A stretch of 64,000 bases of DNA from an uncultured Gammaproteobacteria bacterium (lineage in GTDB: Bacteria > Patescibacteriota > Microgenomatia > UBA12405): positions 113,577 through 177,576 of the forward strand of contig CAYUZS010000002.1 of the NCBI GenBank assembly GCA_964448705.1, read 5' to 3'. The position numbers and the translations under genes are program-made. This document shows, piece after piece, positions 58,495 to 64,000 of the stretch. The notes beneath the pieces were generated by a model, which saw only the letters and a program-made list of their open reading frames with translations, did no database searches and was not told the origin of the DNA. The number at the start of each line of letters is the position of its first letter. The first letter of the stretch is position 1.

Positions 58495-58523
58495 ATATTA
58501 CGGTAACGAATTTGATTTGTCAA
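58495..58523 (-). promoter_or_regulatory. sigma70 promoter for the greA leader
   Basis: TTGACA (58523-18), 17-nt spacer, TAATAT (58500-495). Confidence 0.75.
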
Positions 58524-58549
58524 TTTCAATAAAATTGATAGAATTATTT

Positions 58550-59251
58550 ATGATATTTGGCGATTTCTTCCGAATAACCCCGAAAACCAGGAAGATAAAA
58601 GTGAGGAACAAACAAGGTGTTTTGTACAGTAATCCGGGAATGTTTAAGAAAACAATTTTTTATGTCGGTAATTGGCTTTTAGTGGCAGCCGGATGCATGC
58701 TGGTTTATCTTTATTACCCCTTAGGTAAGGCGATAGTTATGTATGAATGGTCACAAAATTCCCAAAAGGAAAATGTGGCCACGAATATACCATTGCCTAC
58801 CCCAACGCCGCAGCCGGGATTTAATATCACAATCCCTAAAATTTTAGCCAACTCAGAAATTGTGGCCGATGTCTCCCCTTTTAAAAGAGAAGAATATTTG
58901 AAAGTTTTAGAGAACGATGTAGTGGCACAAGCTACGGGGTCGGATAAACCGGGTTTAGGACCGGGAAAAATGACTTATATTTTTGCTCACTCGACAACTC
59001 AAAGTCTGGATATGCTGCGAAAAAACTCAGTATTTTACTTATTGGGTGAATTAAAAAATGACGACATTATATTTATTAACAAAGACGGGGTGGTATATAC
59101 ATATATAGTATATAAGCAAGAAGTGGTTAAGGCGACACAAACCGAATACCTAAAATACAGTGAACCGGATAAAGAAGTTTTGATTTTACAGACCTGTTGG
59201 CCGATAGGAACTAACTGGAAGAGATTGTTAGTATTTGCCAAAAGGGTTTAA
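58550..59251 (+). CDS. Sortase
   Basis: TM anchor, IFAHS, FYLLGELKNDDII, LILQTCWPIG...KRLLV (His-Cys-Arg triad). Start 58550 inferred from TGATAGAAT 5 nt upstream; the track starts it at 58445. Confidence 0.9.
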   Translation: MIFGDFFRITPKTRKIKVRNKQGVLYSNPGMFKKTIFYVGNWLLVAAGCMLVYLYYPLGKAIVMYEWSQNSQKENVATNIPLPTPTPQPGFNITIPKILANSEIVADVSPFKREEYLKVLENDVVAQATGSDKPGLGPGKMTYIFAHSTTQSLDMLRKNSVFYLLGELKNDDIIFINKDGVVYTYIVYKQEVVKATQTEYLKYSEPDKEVLILQTCWPIGTNWKRLLVFAKRV

Positions 59252-59314
59252 CCCAACCATTTGGCAGAGAGGCAAGAAAGGTAAAAATCGAAAATTTTAG
59301 GTATACTAAGCAGT

Positions 59315-60430
59315 ATGAACACAGAAGAAAAAGTTAATCTTATTTCCAGAAATTGTCAGGAAATTTTAACCAAAGAAGATTTAGTTAAATTAGTTGAATC
59401 CGGAAAAACGATTCAACATTATATTGGTTTTGAAATATCAGGACTGGTTCATTTGGGAACGGGATTGATGTCGATGGGAAAAATCGCTGATTTTTTACAA
59501 GCCGGAGTTAAATGTAAAATATTTTTGGCAGATTATCATAGCTTTTTAAATAATAAATTGGGCGGTAAATGGGAAGATATCCGCTGGGCATCGGAACATT
59601 ATTTCAAAGAAGCGTTGATTGCTTCATTGAAATGTTTTGGAGTAGAGGAAAATCAGGTGGAATTTGTCAGCGGAAAAGACTTGTACGAGAAAAACCCGAT
59701 ACATTGGCAAAACTTTATGGAGATTGGTAAGCAAGTTACCTTGTCCAGAAATTTAAGAAGTATTTCCATAATGGGTAAAAAACAAGGCAATGATGTGGAT
59801 ATGGCCACTCTTTTTTATCCGCCGCTACAGGTAGCCGACATTGCGACAATGAATGTGAATTTAGCCCATGCCGGAATGGATCAAAGAAAAGCCCATGTGA
59901 TTGCCAGAGAAGCAATTAAAAAAATTCCCGGAGATCATCAAACACCGGTGGCGATACATCAAAATTTAATCGCCGGATTAACAGGGCCGGATATGTCGAC
60001 AAAAGTTAATGATGATAACGAGATTACAGCTGAGGAATCGTTAAAAATGAGCAAATCAAAACCAAATAGCGCAATTTTTGTTCATGATACTCCGGACGAA
60101 ATCAGAGAAAAAATTAAAAAAGCCTACGGACCGCCAAAAGAAGTGAAATTTAATCCCCTGTTAAACTGGGTAAAAACTATTGTTTTTTGGGGAGAAGAAG
60201 AGGGTAATTTTGTAATTGAAAGACCGGAAAAGTTCGGCGGAAATAAAAATTATAGCCGCTACAGCGAGGTAGTAAACGACTATGCCAGCGGAGAATTATT
60301 TCCATTGGATTTAAAAAATTCATTGGCGGAATGGATAATCAAAAAATTAGAACCTGCCAGAGCTCATTTTGAAATTCCTAAAAATAAAGAGGCTTTGGAA
60401 AAAATGAAAACTTTACTTAGTAAGAACTAA
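59315..60430 (+). CDS. tyrS: Tyrosyl-tRNA synthetase, archaeal/eukaryotic type
   Basis: YIGFEISGLVHLG, YPPLQVAD, AGMDQRKAH, KMSKS, KIKKAY; no C-terminal S4 domain. Confidence 0.92.
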   Translation: MNTEEKVNLISRNCQEILTKEDLVKLVESGKTIQHYIGFEISGLVHLGTGLMSMGKIADFLQAGVKCKIFLADYHSFLNNKLGGKWEDIRWASEHYFKEALIASLKCFGVEENQVEFVSGKDLYEKNPIHWQNFMEIGKQVTLSRNLRSISIMGKKQGNDVDMATLFYPPLQVADIATMNVNLAHAGMDQRKAHVIAREAIKKIPGDHQTPVAIHQNLIAGLTGPDMSTKVNDDNEITAEESLKMSKSKPNSAIFVHDTPDEIREKIKKAYGPPKEVKFNPLLNWVKTIVFWGEEEGNFVIERPEKFGGNKNYSRYSEVVNDYASGELFPLDLKNSLAEWIIKKLEPARAHFEIPKNKEALEKMKTLLSKN

Positions 60431-61660
60431 ATTTTGCTTCATCAATTCTTTTCGATAGCGGTTGGCAAAACGATGAGCTTCGTCGCGGAGTGACTTTAAG
60501 AGATTAAGAGCTGTGGAATTCTGGGGAAGATTAATTTCCTGCCAATTATCTCCGGATTTAATAACAATCGTTTCAAATTTTTTAGCCAAACCAATAAGAG
60601 GAAGATCCGTAATACCGGAAACAGCCGTAACTTGGGGTTTACCGCCATCAACAACGATCAGATCAGGGGTTTCCCACTCCGGATGCCGGAGACGACGCCA
60701 AACAACTTCTTTTAACATAAACTGATCGTCCGGGGTAACTTTGGTGTTGATTTTGAATTTACGATATTCGGAGGAATCATTGCGACCGTTTTGCCAAACA
60801 ACCATGGAACCGACAAAATATTTATCGACCATTTGGGAAATATCGTAACACTCGATGCGGTTGATTTTAGTTAGAGGCAGAAAAGGTTTGAGAACGGTTA
60901 ATAATTCATTAATCGCCGAACTTTGCCTATCTTCTGGTAATTCCACCTGATCAAAAAGATGGCGTAAGTTTTTCCAACCGGAAACAATATAGTCCAAGGA
61001 TTCAATTTGACGGCGGAGAATTAAAGCGGTCTCATATTCCTGCAGTTTACCCGCCTGAGTCATCTCTTTGACTAACTGCCGGCGTAGAAGGGTGAATTTG
61101 TTGTTGAGAATTTTTTTAATTTTAGTGACAGTCCGACGATAATCGGCAACAGAAATATCGGGGCCAGGGCAAATTCCCAAATGACAGTAGAGGCATTTGG
61201 CAGCACCATGTTTTTTGGTATAAAAAGGGAAAATCCGGCGGATAGTTTTTAGAAGAATTTGAACATCGGAACCGGAGGGAAAAGGACCGTAGAAATCGGA
61301 ATTCTTTGGAATGTTGGAAAGATGTGCTGAAAATATGAGAGGATATTTATCTTTGGTGATGACAATAAAAGAATAGGAACGGTCGTCTTTTAAAAGTGAA
61401 TTGAATTTAGGCCGATATTTTTTGATTAAAGCGGCTTCCAAAATCAGAGCTTCGATTTCCGAGCCGACAATTTTGGTTTCGACTGAGGCAATCTGAGAAA
61501 CTAAAGCGGAAGTTTTTGGCCCGAGAGCATCATCACGCTGGAAATATTGAGTAACCCGCTTTTTGAGATTAATGGCTTTACCGACGTAAATAATTTCCCC
61601 GGAAGAATTCCGATAGAGATAACAACCGGGTGTGGTGGGTAATTTCTGGAGGTTGATCAC
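60413..61660 (-). CDS. uvrC: Excinuclease ABC subunit C, short form without HhH
   Basis: GIY-YIG (PGCY...IIYVGKA), Cys cluster, RIECYDIS, VVDGGKPQ, LRDEAHRFA, then ends. Confidence 0.92.
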   Translation of the reverse strand: MINLQKLPTTPGCYLYRNSSGEIIYVGKAINLKKRVTQYFQRDDALGPKTSALVSQIASVETKIVGSEIEALILEAALIKKYRPKFNSLLKDDRSYSFIVITKDKYPLIFSAHLSNIPKNSDFYGPFPSGSDVQILLKTIRRIFPFYTKKHGAAKCLYCHLGICPGPDISVADYRRTVTKIKKILNNKFTLLRRQLVKEMTQAGKLQEYETALILRRQIESLDYIVSGWKNLRHLFDQVELPEDRQSSAINELLTVLKPFLPLTKINRIECYDISQMVDKYFVGSMVVWQNGRNDSSEYRKFKINTKVTPDDQFMLKEVVWRRLRHPEWETPDLIVVDGGKPQVTAVSGITDLPLIGLAKKFETIVIKSGDNWQEINLPQNSTALNLLKSLRDEAHRFANRYRKELMKQNLVLTK

Positions 61661-61699
61661 AAAGTATTATATAATATCCTATAAACTGATGAGATAAAT

Positions 61700-61975
61700 A
61701 TGAAAAGAAGTGAAGATCTGCCAAATAAAATTAAAGATTTGATCGATGACGAAGTGACACAATTGGCTTTTAATAATCTTGGAGTTAGAGAAATCACAAA
61801 CGAAGGAGCTATTGAATTGCCTTCAGTCTTGTCAAAAATGAATGATTCAACAATTAACTATCAGAACATATCTAAAATAGCTAATCGATTTGGGGAAAAA
61901 TTGATACCACCAAAAAATGGCATACACCTGTTTCATGTTTTGCAATCACTGGCTACAAGAGAATGGAAACATTAA
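61700..61975 (+). CDS. Hypothetical protein
   Basis: 91-aa ORF filling the gap between uvrC and uvrA; no recognisable motif. Confidence 0.5.
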   Translation: MKRSEDLPNKIKDLIDDEVTQLAFNNLGVREITNEGAIELPSVLSKMNDSTINYQNISKIANRFGEKLIPPKNGIHLFHVLQSLATREWKH

Positions 61976-64000
61976 CGTTTTAGCAATTTTTTCAGATATT
62001 GGCCAGTGTAGGAACGGGAGCAATTAACAACATCATCAACAGTTCCCTGAACAACAACTTCTCCGCCTTTTTCACCACCTTCCGGACCCATATCAATAAT
62101 CCAATCGGCATTTTTAACAACATCAAGATTGTGTTCGATAACGACAACGGTATTACCCATATCAACTAAACGACGAAGGACTTTAATCAATTTATCGATA
62201 TCATAAAAATGAAGACCGGTGGTCGGCTCGTCAAGAACATACAAAAGACGGCCATTGATCTTTTTTACCAATTCACGGGATATTTTTAATCTCTGAGATT
62301 CCCCTCCCGACAAAGTGTTGGACGGTTGGCCTAATTGAAGATAACCGAGACCGACTTCCTGAATAGTGGCAATTTTCCGACGAAGAGAAGAAATATTTTT
62401 AAAAAACTCCGAAGCTTCATCAAAGGTCATTTTTAATATTTCATCAATGTTTTTATCTTTGTACGTTACTTCCAAAGTTTCGTCTTTAAATCTAGTGCCA
62501 TGACACTCATCGCAAGTGACGTATATATCGGGTAAAAATTGCATTTCTATTTTAATCTGCCCCTGCCCTTGACAGGCTTCACAACGACCGCCTTTGGTAT
62601 TGAATGAAAATCTGCCGGAGTTATAGCCTCTGATTTGAGACTCGGTGGTTTTGGATAAAAGAGTACGGATATCATCAAAAACTTTGGTATAGGTGGCCGG
62701 ATTGCTGCGGGGAGTACGACCAATAGGAGATTGATCGACTAATAAAACATCACTCAAATTTTCAGCACCGGTAATCCGGTCATACTGACCGATAGTGCCA
62801 TAATAAGCGCCAAGAGTGGCCTTGCGAACACCGCCATAAAGAGTATCGTGGACTAAAGTTGATTTGCCGGAACCAGAAACCCCGGTGACACAAACTAGTT
62901 TGTTTAAAGGAAAATCAACATCGATATTTTTTAGATTCCATTGACGACACCCGGAGATATGAATATTGGAAGTACTTTTTTCAGAAAATAAAAATTGGTT
63001 GGCAGCAGCCGCGATAGATTTTTTACCGGATAAATATTGGCCGGTAAGCGATTTTTTGTTGGCCAGAATATCATCCAAGGAGCCTTGAGCAATGATTTCT
63101 CCTCCATTTTTACCGGCATACAAACCAAAATCAACGATATAATCGGCAGAACGGATAACGTCCTCATCATGTTCAACAACAACCAGAGAATTACCGACAT
63201 CTTTTAGTTTCTGTAAAGTGGCAATCAGACGGTCGTTATCACGGGAATGAAGACCGATAGTCGGTTCATCCAAAATATACAGCACACCGGTTAAACCCGT
63301 ACCGATTTGAGATGCTAAACGAATTCTTTGTGACTCACCGGAAGATAAAGTACCGGCTTCCCTTTCCAGAGATAAATAATCCAAACCGACGGCGACTAAA
63401 AATTCCAGTCTGGAACGAAGCTCTTTTTTAATCGGATCGAGAATATCTTTTTCCTGACCACTGGCCAAAAGTTGATCTAAGTTTTCTATCCAATGAAATA
63501 AAGTTTCGATCGGCAGCTGACAGACCTGATAGATATTTTTGCCATCTACAGTAATTGATAAGGCTTCTGGATTGAGACGAGAACCATGACAAACCTGACA
63601 TTCTTTTTTAATCATGTACTGTTCTATTTCTTCCCGAATACCTTCAGAGGAAACATTGAAGTATCGATTTTCAAGCATTTTTGCCTTCCATTCGGGAAAT
63701 TTGGAACGATCTACCTGAAATTTGGAACCTAAACCTTTACATTCAGGACAAGCACCCTGAGGGGAATTAAATGAGAAAAGACGGGGTTCAATTATTGGCA
63801 GAGATAAATTACAAACCGGACAGGCATAATTTTCTGAAAATAAAGTATCGATTAAATCTACCGGTTTTTCGGGGAAATCCAAGGAGACATCATTAACTTT
63901 AACTACTAGACAGAGACCATTGCTTAATTTTAAAGCTGCTTCAACATCATCTATTAAACGGCCATAAAGATCGGATTCATTTTTTAACGATTCTTTTGTA
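61972..64000 (-). CDS. uvrA: Excinuclease ABC subunit A, 5' part beyond the window edge
   Basis: FSFNSPQGACPEC, LSSGESQRIRLASQIG, GVSGSGKST, QSPIGRTPRSNPATY, LSGGESQRLK; frame appears open upstream of the track start at 63882. Confidence 0.96.
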   Translation of the reverse strand, partial: TKESLKNESDLYGRLIDDVEAALKLSNGLCLVVKVNDVSLDFPEKPVDLIDTLFSENYACPVCNLSLPIIEPRLFSFNSPQGACPECKGLGSKFQVDRSKFPEWKAKMLENRYFNVSSEGIREEIEQYMIKKECQVCHGSRLNPEALSITVDGKNIYQVCQLPIETLFHWIENLDQLLASGQEKDILDPIKKELRSRLEFLVAVGLDYLSLEREAGTLSSGESQRIRLASQIGTGLTGVLYILDEPTIGLHSRDNDRLIATLQKLKDVGNSLVVVEHDEDVIRSADYIVDFGLYAGKNGGEIIAQGSLDDILANKKSLTGQYLSGKKSIAAAANQFLFSEKSTSNIHISGCRQWNLKNIDVDFPLNKLVCVTGVSGSGKSTLVHDTLYGGVRKATLGAYYGTIGQYDRITGAENLSDVLLVDQSPIGRTPRSNPATYTKVFDDIRTLLSKTTESQIRGYNSGRFSFNTKGGRCEACQGQGQIKIEMQFLPDIYVTCDECHGTRFKDETLEVTYKDKNIDEILKMTFDEASEFFKNISSLRRKIATIQEVGLGYLQLGQPSNTLSGGESQRLKISRELVKKINGRLLYVLDEPTTGLHFYDIDKLIKVLRRLVDMGNTVVVIEHNLDVVKNADWIIDMGPEGGEKGGEVVVQGTVDDVVNCSRSYTGQYLKKLLKR

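Noticed and set aside
58445-58549. N-terminal extension of the sortase given in the ORF track
   Set aside because: It overlaps the greA promoter and uORF; an extended -10 sits 5 nt before ATG 58550.
2749-63200. The many 60-160 aa ORFs antisense to or nested in long genes (e.g. 6527-6886, 16334-16624, 47518-48000, 52870-53217, 54753-55094)
   Set aside because: They overlap well-supported genes and have no motifs or promoter signal; treated as shadow ORFs.
1-64000. CRISPR arrays, tRNA/rRNA genes, IS elements, prophage, alternative genetic code
   Set aside because: No spaced repeats, cloverleafs, transposase or phage genes recognised; intergenic gaps are tiny; long ORFs are intact under code 11 and RF2 is present.

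Overview
AT-rich, very gene-dense bacterial chromosome segment using standard code 11 (TGA used as stop, RF2 present). Gene content (archaeal-type TyrRS, sortase plus LCP plus FtsEX, no lipid-A or central-metabolism genes, huge glycosyltransferase expansion) points to a Patescibacteria/CPR genome, probably Microgenomates (inference). Positions 1-37.6 kb form one giant surface-glycosylation island: about 14 GT-C-fold multi-TM proteins, 11 GT2s (3 look like polyprenyl-phosphate sugar synthases), 2 GT4s, a Wzx flippase and 2 B12-binding radical SAM enzymes. The rest is envelope and housekeeping genes: DUF11/IPATG surface protein, coiled-coil C39-like peptidase with ftsXE, LCP, prfB, PPIase, typA, HIT, DHH, another GT-C, secA, serS, lysS, greA, sortase, tyrS, uvrC, uvrA. 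The most interesting signals are missing from the ORF track. (1) A 22-codon Ser-rich leader peptide upstream of serS, whose Leu-Ser-Ser codons are complementary to the serS ribosome-binding site: a candidate serine-sensing translational attenuator. (2) A promoter, leaderless uORF and nested terminator upstream of greA. (3) A (TGn)TANNNT box 5-7 nt before at least 15 start codons, implying widespread leaderless transcripts. No tRNA, rRNA, CRISPR array or mobile element was recognised. All calls come from reading motifs by eye; no searches or folding calculations were run.
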